A stretch of DNA of 63,579 bases, counting the filler, from Octopus bimaculoides (Eukaryota), in assembly GCF_001194135.2 (NCBI RefSeq). It is 5 parts of 5 records of this genome, joined end to end, with 100 filler letters (N's around TTAATTAATTAA, not from the genome) between each part and the next. Parts side by side here need not be neighbours in the genome. Positions count along the whole stretch, not along the records: positions 22,728 to 43,828 come from NC_068988.1; 4 more parts are not named here. One strand, given 5' to 3'. The notes under the pieces are model-generated. The model was not told the origin of the DNA, did not search any database, and worked only from the letters and a program-made list of their open reading frames with translations. Of this stretch, positions 25,131-36,844 are shown piece by piece. Position 1 is the stretch's first letter. Each line of letters starts with the position of its first letter. The translations under genes were made by a program, and so were the position numbers.

Positions 25131-25299
25131 GGGAGAATATACAAAAAATAACAACAGACGAGGACAGGTGGTGTAAATAACAAAAGTATATATTAGTATG
25201 ACGCTCGGGAATACGGAAAGTCTTTGACGTTTCGAGCTACGCTCTTCAACAGAAAGAATACGGAGACAAGGAGAAAAACACGGAGAAAAAAAATTGAAT
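25131..25299 (-). mobile_element. Hammerhead-bearing non-autonomous retroelement end (PLE pLTR/retrozyme-like), running into a gap
   Basis: HHR motif at 25222-25256 followed 91 nt later (minus strand) by a (TA)n boundary. Confidence 0.6.
25222..25256 (-). ncRNA. Minimal type I hammerhead ribozyme motif (core variant CUGUUGA)
   Basis: Minus strand: CUUU CUGUUGA A GAGC-GUA-GCUC GAAA CG UC AAAG. This gives stem I CUUU/AAAG, a 4-bp stem II, and palindromic mini stem III with a GUC site. A6 is replaced by U. Confidence 0.65.
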
Positions 25300-26898
25300 N
25301 NNNNNNNNNNNNNNNNNNNNNNNNNNNNNNNNNNNNNNNNNNNNNNNNNNNNNNNNNNNNNNNNNNNNNNNNNNNNNNNNNNNNNNNNNNNNNNNNNNNN
25401 NNNNNNNNNNNNNNNNNNNNNNNNNNNNNNNNNNNNNNNNNNNNNNNNNNNNNNNNNNNNNNNNNNNNNNNNNNNNNNNNNNNNNNNNNNNNNNNNNNNN
25501 NNNNNNNNNNNNNNNNNNNNNNNNNNNNNNNNNNNNNNNNNNNNNNNNNNNNNNNNNNNNNNNNNNNNNNNNNNNNNNNNNNNNNNNNNNNNNNNNNNNN
25601 NNNNNNNNNNNNNNNNNNNNNNNNNNNNNNNNNNNNNNNNNNNNNNNNNNNNNNNNNNNNNNNNNNNNNNNNNNNNNNNNNNNNNNNNNNNNNNNNNNNN
25701 NNNNNNNNNNNNNNNNNNNNNNNNNNNNNNNNNNNNNNNNNNNNNNNNNNNNNNNNNNNNNNNNNNNNNNNNNNNNNNNNNNNNNNNNNNNNNNNNNNNN
25801 NNNNNNNNNNNNNNNNNNNNNNNNNNNNNNNNNNNNNNNNNNNNNNNNNNNNNNNNNNNNNNNNNNNNNNNNNNNNNNNNNNNNNNNNNNNNNNNNNNNN
25901 NNNNNNNNNNNNNNNNNNNNNNNNNNNNTATATATATATATATATATATGCATATATATATAAATATACGCACACATACAAATACACATACTCACACACA
26001 CAATTATATATGTATACCCCCCCACACACACACACAAATACAGATACAATTACCAGAAAATATAGAAATAGTAATATAAGAAGTATAAATATAAATATAT
26101 AAATAAATGAATATATAAAATATAAACAGTAAAGGATTATAGAAAATGTGTTGTCGTACACTGGATTATCATATATTTCACTTGTGGTTCCAACACAAGT
26201 GTCGCAAAGCCTTACATTAAAAATACAAATCTAAGTAGAATCAGCGACGGATGGATAGAGAAAGGTGTCAGAAACTGTTGCCTTAACAACAAGCAAGTAT
26301 TGGCATAAGCAAGTGTAAGATAATGTTAAAGTATAAATTACTCCTAGCATTAAAAACTATTCAAATGAGACGAGATTACTGGAGTAAATAACAGAATATA
26401 GGTTTAAATATATGCTTAGATTAAAAACAATTATCTATTCTAGTTAACAAATGTATTATTAAGTTTCCCAACATTCAGTGTAGTGAATATACACCTATAC
26501 CTCTTATTTGGATAGGATAAGGTGTGGTTGATTATGCTCTCAGTAATTCAGAACTCACAATTTTAATTTTTCGATTCCTAATTTTTTTTCAGCAAGTGAC
26601 GTCTGAGAAAGTATGAAAATGAATATATGATCTGCGCTTAAATGTACATCCGGTTGCACAAATATAGGTAAACATAGATTAGTTCGGGCATCACATCTAT
26701 AGATAATACTTTTAGTGAGGTATAAATTATTAAGAGGGCAAAGAGAATATAAAATGTTTAAAACACCTAAAAGTGATAGACAAGCGGGACGGCTCGCCTC
26801 CAGTCCCAATCAGGAATGATGAATACTGATATTTCGATATTTTTGTGGTTTATCAGAATTACAGATCAGAATCGAACCGAGGAAGAATCAGATCGCTT

Positions 26899-26927
26899 AG
26901 TGGACACAAACTGAAAGTAGACCGCCG

Positions 26928-26989
<62 letters not shown>

Positions 26990-27212
26990 TGTGTCTGTGT
27001 GCCTGTGACTAACCCCCATTATCGCTTTACAACATCACCGGTGTTGGTGTGTTTACGTCCCCGTTATCTAGTGGTTTGGCAAAAGAGGCCGATAGAATAA
27101 ATGCCAAGTTCAAAATATAAAAACAAAATGCTGGGGTCGCTTTATTCAACGAAAATTCTTGGAGACGGTGCCCCACCGTGACTGCAATCTAATGACGTAA
27201 ACAAGTAAAGAA
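26899..27212 (+). mobile_element. SINE family B (end of 5' half, internal (TG)n, 3' half)
   Basis: AAACTGAAAGTAGACCGCCGTATATA-(TG)n-CCCCCATTATCGCTTTACAAC..GCCGATAGAATAAATG..TGACGTAAACAAGTAAAG. Confidence 0.78.
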
Positions 27213-27329
27213 AAAAATAATAAAATATTCTAAATTCTCAAGCATGTCTACTCTCTCTCACTCTCTTACATACACACACACACATTCTCAATGGACACTA
27301 ATCATACTCTTGATCCAAAGAGGCGGAAT

Positions 27330-27600
27330 TTTAAGTGAGAAAAATAAAACATCGGAATTCTTTCGTTTTGCAGTTCCCTTTGATTGTAGTGCGGATATCA
27401 AGGATACATTAAACATTGAAAAATATCACGACCTATTCAGAAAAATAAGGGTAAAAATTCTTATTTTAATTGATTTAACCGGCACAACAACCAAACGCCT
27501 CCAAAAATGGTTGAAGGATACTAAAATTGTGGCTATTATTGTGGTTTTGCAATAAACTGCCAGGTATTCTACAAAATCCATAGAAAGTTTCTCAAAATTT
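27330..27600 (+). mobile_element. Degenerate Tc1-like transposase C-terminal fragment
   Basis: DLTGTTTKRLQKWLKDTKIV (cf. DxAPCHTxKxVxxWLxxxxI), followed by a degenerate PGYSxxxNPIE-like segment. Confidence 0.4.
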
Positions 27601-27728
27601 GAGGAATCTTATCACGGAAACCCAGGATTACACCTCTTCTGTCTAAATGAGTAAGCAATAACTTTTATAATCGTATACTTATTAAATATCACTCGAATAA
27701 TTATACGTAAATTCAGAAATAAACTTAC

Positions 27729-27777
27729 CATTTCATCGTGTATTTATCAACGTAGACATCAGCCTCGACATCAGCAT
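27729..27777 (-). CDS. Candidate 49-nt internal exon (phase 1 to phase 2), peptide DADVEADVYVDKYTMK(W/C)
   Basis: Acceptor TTTACTTTCGTTATTAG and donor ATG|GTAAGT. Only the phase-1 frame is open, matching the upstream candidate exon. No homology recognised. Confidence 0.4.
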
Positions 27778-28212
27778 CTAATAACGAAAGTAAATCATAT
27801 CTGGTTTACCTCGAAGCTAGATCAATGTTCTCACTGAATAAATTTGAATATAATTCCTGACTTATACTAATGCGACTACAACGAAGAAAAGTATTAATTA
27901 GAAAACTTTTGGCGTGCATTGCAAAGTCTCAAGAATGCTAGAAGGTTGATGTGAACTCAAGATTGATGAGAGAAAATTGATACATTAATTTAAGCCATTA
28001 ATTCTTAAAGTTTAACATATCGTGTGCGTACAACATGACAAATATTTAAAAGAGAATGAAAATTATCTTGGAGTGGTGATAAATTGTTTGGATTCGAGGC
28101 TACAACATAGGCTCGCATGTGTTCGACGTATTTTGCTTCATTTATTTTTTCTGTTTCTCTATATAACTTGCTGTTAAATAAAGTCTGCTAATAATTATAC
28201 TAATAATCTCTC

Positions 28213-28352
28213 AGGCGATGAGGGGTACAATCGTTAGTACGCCGGGCGCAATGCTTTGCAGCATTTCGTCCGTCTTTACGGTCTGAGTTTGTGAGAGTCG
28301 AAAGTATCAGTTGAGCTTATTTCCCCCTCCTGACATTGCTGGCCTTGTGTCA
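28213..28352 (+). mobile_element. SINE family A, degenerate and internally deleted
   Basis: AGGCGATGAG..AATCGTTAGTACGCCGGGCG..GCATTTCGTCCGTCTTTACG..TTGCTGGCCTTGTG. Confidence 0.75.
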
Positions 28353-29142
28353 GACTTTGAAATTAGTAACTATACTCTTTCAACCATAAGACTACTTACA
28401 AAATTTTTGGTGAGCTTACCACTCATTAAAGATTTCTGTTTCAAATAGGAACTTGCAATGTGCATGATTTTCCCAATACCGTGACCGAGATAAATGAAAT
28501 CCAACAAAAGAGTGAAAGCAAAATGAAAATTTCAGTCACAATAGCTTCATATTCTAATTCTATCCCTTCTCTCAACTTCACATGCCACACATTACAGTTT
28601 AGACTCATGAAACTAGGGAATATATGGACTAGTTTAAACTAAAATATCCATTTCATTTCTCTTGGTAAAGCCCTAACTAATATATTTATCTAAGGGAAGT
28701 TACCCTTGTGTTTCTTTACATTATCTTTTAGTGTAGATGCAAAAAGAGCGTCACATTGAGATATTCATGTTCTTTTAATGATTCGATGATCAAACGTATG
28801 CAGAAAAAGTAAAGAAGCTGGTGAACTCTTGAAGCTTATCTGTGATATGTCTTAAAACTCTGGCTCACTCACACACACAGCACACGTATACACGCACACG
28901 ATTCCAAATCACAGATCACCATGGTGTCAGACCAGACATATTCGGGGCTTCTGAGTTTTATATATTTTTTTTCATGTATCCTGACGTGTAGTCCTCATAT
29001 CTACAATGGTGGAAAGAAATGTTTTTTTCATCGGACTTAGAGAGGATTTACGTTATACACGTCATATGGCTAACCACATCTATTTTCCAATATACATGCA
29101 TTCGTTCTGTTAATCCGATATCGTTCACACACTTTGACTTAC

Positions 29143-29179
29143 CTGTCACAACCACTGAGAGAGTGACTCGTTTTTCCAT
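29143..29179 (-). CDS. Candidate first coding exon MEKRVTLSVVVT (phase 1 donor)
   Basis: ATAATGG Kozak-like context and consensus donor CAG|GTAAGT at 29143/29142. An alternative in-frame ATG at 29236 is preceded by an in-frame stop. Confidence 0.35.
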
Positions 29180-29921
29180 TATGAGTATGATTTGCTGTGT
29201 TATTCTGATGTGATATTTATTAACTCTGATGTTCATTTAGTCCTGATTTTTGCTGTACCCAATCTAAAACTACAGGATCATATGAGAGCTCTTCACCTTT
29301 ACAGGTCTCACTTTTATGAAAATGTACTAAATTAACATTAGAATAATACTGAAATATTTTTATACAATAATGATGGAAGTTGTTAAAGTTGTTAGCTAAT
29401 ACAACAAACACATTAAACTAATTGGCATTAGTGCCTTTCATTAATTGCTGCTTTGCAACTGTCGAACCAACGAGGCCTGCTAGAAATTGTACCCAGATTT
29501 CTTTGAATCACATTTCGCTAATTTAGAAGCATAGGACATATTGTATTATGTAATACTATATAATGATTATTGCAGTGTATAAAAATTTAGTCTTAACACC
29601 CTCCTAAAACTAAGAAACGTTTAATACAACACTATAACTTGTAAAATTTAAACCTCCTGATGTGAAGTCGCCAGCCTGTGATTAATGACGGGTGGCTGAT
29701 CTTTGCCACAACTACCCACATATATACGATGCGTAAAAAGACAATACGTAACGGATAAAATTACTTTGATCATAAGTCTGTTCGATAAGAATTTGCCTGG
29801 AGCTAAAGAGCAACAGCACTATGCACGAACTATTTTTTTTTATACAGGTTATGCTTTTTGATATCAGATTTAACGTGCGTATGTATGAATGTATGTATGT
29901 ATGTATGTATGTGTGCACGTT

Positions 29922-30000
<79 letters not shown>

Positions 30001-32184
30001 ATGTATATATATNNNNNNNNNNNNNNNNNNNNNNNNNNNNNNNNNNNNNNNNNNNNNNNNNNNNNNNNNNNNNNNNNNNNNNNNNNNNNNNNNNNNNNNN
30101 NNNNNCTGGAGTTATTCATTTCCATCATCAAATATACCTTCTTTCTTCGTCATCCTTTTTGCCTATGTCCATAGCTTTCTCTTAATTTTTCAGTGCATTT
30201 AACTTTGTTCTCATCTTCCTCAAAGTTTACATTTACTTAACTTCTTTTAGCCATTGCATTTTTGCATTTCTTTCATCATATTTTCCATAAATTTTTCTTT
30301 CTCTTTCTCTTCCTCCGCCTTACTTTTTTCGTCTCTCTGGAAGTTCATTTCTTTTTCTCGCTTATTTACCTTTTTTCTGAATTCTATATTATTTTCATGT
30401 TTTGTTTTTCTTAAATCACATTTGTACTTTAAAACGTGTGAAGAATCATATTACATTGACCTTTATAGATCTTTATCTCTTGGCGACAACAGCTTATTTA
30501 CTGTTACTCGTGGGAGAGATAAAAATAGGAAAAAGCAACGGTAGGGTAACAAACAGTACATTTAATAAAAGTTAGAATTGGGTGAGCTCCGTAAAGAAGC
30601 TTTAAATAAGCTCAGGTGGTGAATCGGTTTTGAGTTTCCAGTCACATCATTTGATTTATACTAATAACTCTCTCTAGAATTACTGAAATGTCATGAACGT
30701 TCCTACTCTGTCTGTATATAATACAGAATACAGACAGATGTGAAGAAAAATATCAAATTGCAAGTGTGAATATATATCTGCATATGTTTATAGATATGTG
30801 TATGCATGTATATAGTATAATATACATATATGTATATATATATATATNNNNNNNNNNNNNNNNNNNNNNNNNNNNNNNNNNNNNNNNNNNNNNNNNNNNN
30901 NNNNNNNNNNNNNNNNNNNNNNNNNNNNNNNNNNNNNNNNNNNNNNNNNNNNNNNNNNNNNNNNNNNNNNNNNNNNNNNNNNNNNNNNNNNNNNNNNNNN
31001 NNNNNNNNNNNNNNNNNNNNNNNNNNNNNNNNNNNNNNNNNNNNNNNNNNNNNNNNNNNNNNNNNNNNNNNNNNNNNNNNNNNNNNNNNNNNNNNNNNNN
31101 NNNNNNNNNNNNNNNNNNNNNNNNNNNNNNNNNNNNNNNNNNNNNNNNNNNNNNNNNNNNNNNNNNNNNNNNNNNNNNNNNNNNNNNNNNNNNNNNNNNN
31201 NNNNNNNNNNNNNNNNNNNNNNNNNNNNNNNNNNNNNNNNNNNNNNNNNNNNNNNNNNNNNNNNNNNNNNNNNNNNNNNNNNNNNNNNNNNNNNNNNNNN
31301 NNNNNNNNNNNNNNNNNNNNNNNNNNNNNNNNNNNNNNNNNNNNNNNNNNNNNNNNNNNNNNNNNNNNNNNNNNNNNNNNNNNNNNNNNNNNNNNNNNNN
31401 NNNNNNNNNNNNNNNNNNNNNNNNNNNNNNNNNNNNNNNNNNNNNNNNNNNNNNNNNNNNNNNNNNNNNNNNNNNNNNNNNNNNNNNNNNNNNNNNNNNN
31501 NNNNNNNNNNNNNNNNNNNNNNNNNNNNNNNNNNNNNNNNNNNNNNNNNNNNNNNTATATATATATAAGCAATGTTAATTCTCTAAATGAAGTATTAACA
31601 GTAACTGCACGATATATATATAAGTAGGGAAACATCCAAGCACATTTGCTTATTCCAGTATTAGAATCCAGTATCTAGATGCTGTCGTTGTCGTATTTAT
31701 GTGAGGTACATATTAGAGTTGAAAATTCTAGAAATATTGCTTGCAGAGTTATTGTATAACCAAATAAGATTTTAGAAAATTGTTGTTACTATGTATTGAT
31801 CTGTAAACATGTTTCATTTGCTAACAGGAATGATCATGTCGTACAAGAATCATCATTTTGTATAAACATGTAGGAAATTTCTTATTAGAAAAATGTTCTG
31901 ACAGAGATCAAATAATAAAATTTTACAAGTGTTTATATAGAGTTAGTAATCAGAAGTCGTATAGATAGTTTGGGTGGGGGAAGACGAAAAGCAAAGCAGG
32001 CGGTAAAGGAAACTCTCTCTCTCCCTTTTTCTTTACTACTGGATTTGCTCTTTATACTTTCTAATAAGAAATCTTTTACATCTTTATGCAACATGTATTA
32101 GCAAAAGAAACATGTGTAATGGTGAATAGATAATACCTAACAATTTTCAATTTTCCGTTTGTTCCAGACATAATACTGGAAAGA

Positions 32185-32235
<51 letters not shown>

Positions 32236-33348
32236 TCAGTCTTGAAACGCGACAACAGCCAGCAAGAAACAAGCTTCAAACAACCATATAGTTATTTGGT
32301 TGGTAGTTACAAAATAAGAAAGAAAAAAATCTAACTAGAAACTACCATAAAAATGATGAACGCAACATTTAAAGAATTAGAATCTTATTATCTTGGAAAC
32401 AATAAGAAGCTATTTTTATAAGGAACATGTTCAAGGAAAGAATTACCTAGGGCAGAAACATTTTACAAAGAGGGTCGGTAAAGTTAAAGAGGAAGCATCA
32501 CTCTTTCAAAAGAAGCAAAAATTCGCAAGAATAATGACAGGGTTAAGGTTTTGCTACGAAAATTAGACCTATAATGTTAGAAACTCGGTTTTGAATAGTT
32601 GAATGATGTTTTGATAGATTCTGTTTGTTGTTTATTGCTATTTTTAATTTAAAAAAAAATTTCTGTTACTGTTTCAGAAGACCGATGAGTAAAGACTGAA
32701 CATTGCCGTCAAAACATTTTTCGTTTCTTTAACATGTCTGTATGTACCTAAAATCATGAGAACCACTGTGTATATCCTCTATTCAGATGCTATATCGTCG
32801 TGTGGTTACTATTTCTGTCGTGCAGTCGTGAATTAATCCACACCTTACATTCCTGTTTAACACAGGTATATCATCCACAAAGGGGTGGTACTTAGATGCG
32901 ATTTGGCAACTTTTGTGACATTTGAATGAATGTAAATTGGAGTTTTTATTTCTTTCCACCATTCACTATGGAACTCTGGAATATTTTTTATACTACTGAA
33001 CTCTAGATCACTGTTATGATATTCTATATTTTTCTGTAGACATTTTTATCGTAATTGAGCCAATAATGGTTAAGTAATTCCATTGCCTCTTCCAAGTAAG
33101 TTTTATCCATCTATATAACGATATACGCTTTCGATAAAACAGTTGCTCCCGCAAAGCAAATTAAATCAAATTTGGGATTTTGCAGAGGGTCAAAATTGGT
33201 AACACAAACAGGACAGTGAAAATAAACAGGAAGGGTTGCTAAGCCTAAAGAAGGTTGTGATGGCGAACGCGTAAATCAAGCTTTTGATTTTGTCGACTAC
33301 ACAGTGTAGTACGGTCAGTTGGGCACTGTCTGTGAGTAAAACAGCACC

Positions 33349-34490
33349 ATGACGCAATTCACTCTGCCAGAAATATGGAAACGACATACTGTACTGCTTG
33401 GCATTTGCGCCGGAAGCCCCAATTCGAACATTTCAGATTGTTTGGGTGTCAATCTGAGGCCAGTGCAATCTGAGGACATGTACCGAAAGTGACAACAATC
33501 AAGCATCCAGTAAATATCGTGGTGTTTGTAGTGATTACTAGTGATGGTGACTTTATGCCTCCATTCATCTTCTCATACGGCCTCAGACTCAACATGAAGG
33601 CCTACATCAAATGCCTGGAGGAGGTAGTACTGTTCTGAGTCAAGAGGGTAGCTGCTGGATGACAATACGTCTGGCAACCATTCTACAGAAGCAAGAGAAC
33701 CCAGTCATGACTGTCAGACAATTTTTGCAAACACACCACCCCTAACATCTGGCCACCTTACTCCTCAGACTGCAACCTCCTTGGTTGTCATATGTGCCGC
33801 GCAGTTGACCGAGAGACCAAAGATGAACTGAAGCCAAGGATTATAGGGGGTTCCTATAAGGTTGTTATCCACCCCTGATTGGGACTGTCCCGTATGACAT
33901 GTACGCATACTCAGTGACTTGCTTTAACTTCCGCAATACTTCACCGAGAGGAGATATAAGCTTCTGCTTATTCCTGTCTGAAGTATCGTCCGATACTTCA
34001 GACTTATCGTCCGATGAATTTACTTTGTTGACATTCTTCATCGACAGAATTTTTATACCTTTCAACCTTTCAATCAAGTCCGCCTTTCCTCCAGTAACAT
34101 ACTGTACATATAATCTTAAATATTTCTTTAACTCTGGCACAGTAAGTACTTCGATAGCTGAAAAAACAATAACAATAGCGTGGATAGTCTGCGGAAGTTT
34201 AATTGTCTACATGGAGCGCCGCCTAGCCAAGGGAGATAACCTACTTATAGGAAAGCCCTCTAGCAGCATTCACCAACTTAAGCAAGGAGATCGTCCAGAA
34301 GAGTTGCAAGTGATTCCGAAGTCATTTGGAGGCTGTGGTTGAAGCCAATGGCCATTTTATTGAATAAATTTACTCTTAAGTATTTCAAGATATTTTTATG
34401 TAATTTTCGTAAATATACCTGTTAAAATGAGATATCAGTGTTATTTCCATTTTTGCATAATTTAGACGACAGTTTATTCACAGCACCCTG
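33349..34490 (+). mobile_element. mariner-like (maT/DD37D-type) element, internally deleted and interrupted by the 33846-34260 insertion
   Basis: MTQFTLPEIWKRHTVLLGICAG, deletion, then KHPVNIVVFVVITSDGDFMPPFIFSYGLRLNMKAYIKCLEEVVL, IWPPYSSDCNLL and KDELKPRI | AAFTNLSKEIVQK..LEAVVEANGHFIE*. Right end CAGCACCCTG|TA. The left TIR was not found. Subfamily assignment is inferred. Confidence 0.88.
33846..34260 (-). mobile_element. 415-bp TA-flanked TIR element carrying a SAP-domain coding fragment
   Basis: Ends GGGGGTTCCTATAAGGTTGTTATC and (rc) GAGGGCTTTCCTATAAGTAGGTTATC, with TA duplicated. Removing it restores the mariner frame. Minus frame reads IEVLTVPELKKYLRLYVQYVTGGKADLIERLKG. Confidence 0.8.
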
Positions 34491-34539
34491 TAGAACTGCG
34501 TCCGAACGTGCGCGTATGTTTGTTTGCATGTGCGTGTGT

Positions 34540-34739
34540 CTGTTTTTGTCCCCCTTCCATCGCTTGACAACCGATGTTGATGTGTTTACGTTCCCGTAAT
34601 CTAGCCGTTCGGCAAAAGTGACTGATAGAATAAATACTAGGCTTACAAAGAGTAAGTCCTGGGTCGATTTCTTCGACTGAAACACATTAAGGCGGTGCTC
34701 CAGCATGGCTGCAGTCAAATGACTGAAACAAGTAAAAGC
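34540..34739 (+). mobile_element. SINE family B 3' half
   Basis: CATCGCTTGACAACCGATG..GATAGAATAAATACTAGGCTTACAAAG..AGGCGGTGCTCCAGCATGGCTGCAGTCAAATGACTGAAACAAGTAAAAG. Confidence 0.92.
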
Positions 34740-34924
34740 ACTGCAATTACTGATGGAAGTGTGGGGACAGTAAGAGGACCTATGTTAAAAAATGAACTTT
34801 ATTTGATCCCATTCCATGAATATTTCAGCTTATGAAGATTTCGGCCGACCCTCTTAATAATAACAATTATTATTATACCTGCATTTGTGTTAATTTTAAC
34901 ATTAAAAAAAAAATCCACTTTTTT

Positions 34925-35097
34925 CGTACGCGTTAAGCAAATTTTGTTCCCGGGCTACTGGCTGTTGGTATATTTATGTTGCCGTAACCTAGGGGTTAGA
35001 CAAAGGAGACCAACAGAATTAGTTCAACTAATATTCTTCGAGGCACTGCTCCAGTATGGCTGCAGTCAGTTGGCTGAAACAAGTAAAAGATAAAGAT
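34925..35097 (+). mobile_element. SINE family B 3' half, more degenerate
   Basis: GTATATTTATGTTGCCGTAAC..GGCACTGCTCCAGTATGGCTGCAGTC..GCTGAAACAAGTAAAAGA. Confidence 0.7.
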
Positions 35098-35749
35098 AGA
35101 ATATATATATAGGTATTCGTTAATTTGTAAAAATGGTTCAATGGCATATCCATTTCTTCAATGTATTCTTCGTTAGGTTATTAAATGAAGGGTATTAAAG
35201 AAGTTCAGAATTGCAATTTACTCTCAGGACGTTTTAGAAGAAGTAGATTAGAGAAATTGAAATGCCATTTGCACACGGAGTAAATCCATTGACCGTTAGA
35301 AAGCTGCGTGGTTCTGTTCCGTTGCAGATCTGTCAAATTTGAATATTTACTTATGTGATACGGATTTTGCTTATTATGTTCACAGTTTTGTTTTGGCTGC
35401 TACAGAAGAATAGTGTGTGGATCGTTTGTCATATACACAACCGAGAAAAATTCATTAGTGTGGTGGTCTGCATGAAATGAATCGATAAAACTCGATGATC
35501 TTCTCTGCGAAGTATTGTTAAAGATAGATTTATATGTTCCTGTAATCGCTTTTTAACTGAGAGTTGATGGGAGTTATTCACCTGCCTTGTGAACCGAGTA
35601 CATATTGTTATATAGGGGGTATAATTCACAAGTTTAATTCTATTATTATGATAGGAAATAGATTTTCAATTGCCGTTTGTGTTTACGTTGGATCCATATA
35701 AATGTAAATGATCTTGTGAGATTCATAGTTGTAACAACAGCAGCAGTTG

Positions 35750-35903
<154 letters not shown>

Positions 35904-36463
35904 TGTTTTGAAAAATGAGAAGAATACTGACATCATTAATTGGTAGCCACCGTCATCATCTATACAATTTAGTTTTCTTCAATGATACTCAACTCTTCAA
36001 TCATACTCACCTCAAAAACTTCATTGATGGAACGTCACACAACAGTAGTTTATATTGCTATTCGTTGTATTTTATTACTTACTAGTTGACATCTGTTACT
36101 ACGATGTCTGATAAAATTATTTCTAAATCATGAACGTACATTCATAAATCGTGCAAATAATGTTTAGAGTGACTTCTTCGTGAACATTTGCAACAGAATA
36201 TGAAATAAAAAAATTAAGAGTACACATTACATATTANNNNNNNNNNNNNNNNNNNNNNNNNNNNNNNNNNNNNNNNNNNNNNNNNNNNNNNNNNNNNNNN
36301 NNNNNNNNNNNNNNNNNNNNNNNNNNNNNNNNNNNNNNNNNNNNNNNNNNNNNNNNNNNNNNNNNNNNNNNNNNNNNNNNNNNNNNNNNNNNNNNNNNNN
36401 NNNNNNNNNNNNNNNNNNNNNNNNNNNATCTGTAAAAATATGTGACACTTATTCAGTAGCCAT

Positions 36464-36524
36464 CATAAAACTCCAAGCTTCGGATGCCAGGGTGGGAGCC
36501 CACGCCAACATCTCTTCAGTTATC
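36464..36524 (-). ncRNA. Type I hammerhead motif, mutated mirror copy (GAAA to GAAG)
   Basis: Minus strand: GAUAA CUGAAGA GAUG..CAUC C GAAG CUUGGAG UU UUAUG. Confidence 0.65.
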
Positions 36525-36559
36525 GGTCAATTGAAAATTCCTGTGAATTCAATTGGCCG

Positions 36560-36620
36560 GATAACTGAAGAGATGTTGGCGTGGCCTCAAACCCTGGCAT
36601 CCGAAACTCGGAGTTTTATC
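36560..36620 (+). ncRNA. Type I hammerhead ribozyme motif with complete catalytic core
   Basis: GAUAA CUGAAGA GAUGUUGG..CUGGCAUC C GAAA CUCGGAG UU UUAUC: 5-bp stem I, extended stem II, self-complementary stem III ACUCGGAGU, and a GUU cleavage triplet (cut after 36615). Confidence 0.75.
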
Positions 36621-36717
36621 ATGGCTACTGAATAGGTGCCACATATTTTTTTTACAGATAAATTCCTCTATTTGCATAATATTGAGGTCTCTTACTTTCT
36701 TTTGTTACCCTTCCTGT

Positions 36718-36763
<46 letters not shown>

Positions 36764-36844
36764 AACATACATATATACATACATACATACACACATACAC
36801 ATGCACAACACACATATTGTTTTTGTATTGAAGAACCACATAGT

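Larger units (their letters stand above)
36428..36720. mobile_element. Palindromic inverted dimer of a hammerhead-containing unit (PLE pLTR/retrozyme-like)
   Basis: 36428-36540 is the reverse complement of 36545-36659 around a 4-nt loop. The right arm continues to (TA)n at 36721, and the left continuation lies in an N gap. Confidence 0.85.

Noticed and set aside
26559-26602. 44-nt minus-strand segment with good acceptor and GTGAGT donor as a third exon
   Set aside because: Splicing to the 27729 exon creates an immediate TGA, and the frame has a further stop.
30250-30460. Lys/Glu-rich open frame on the minus strand (..KREKEMNFQRDEKSKAEEEKEKEKFMENMMKEMQ..)
   Set aside because: Explained by purine-rich low complexity. 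No splice sites or recognisable domain.
35150-35620. Faint CR1/L2-like C-terminal motifs on the minus strand (IFLGCVYDK.., TVNIISKIR)
   Set aside because: Too degenerate to support without a profile search.
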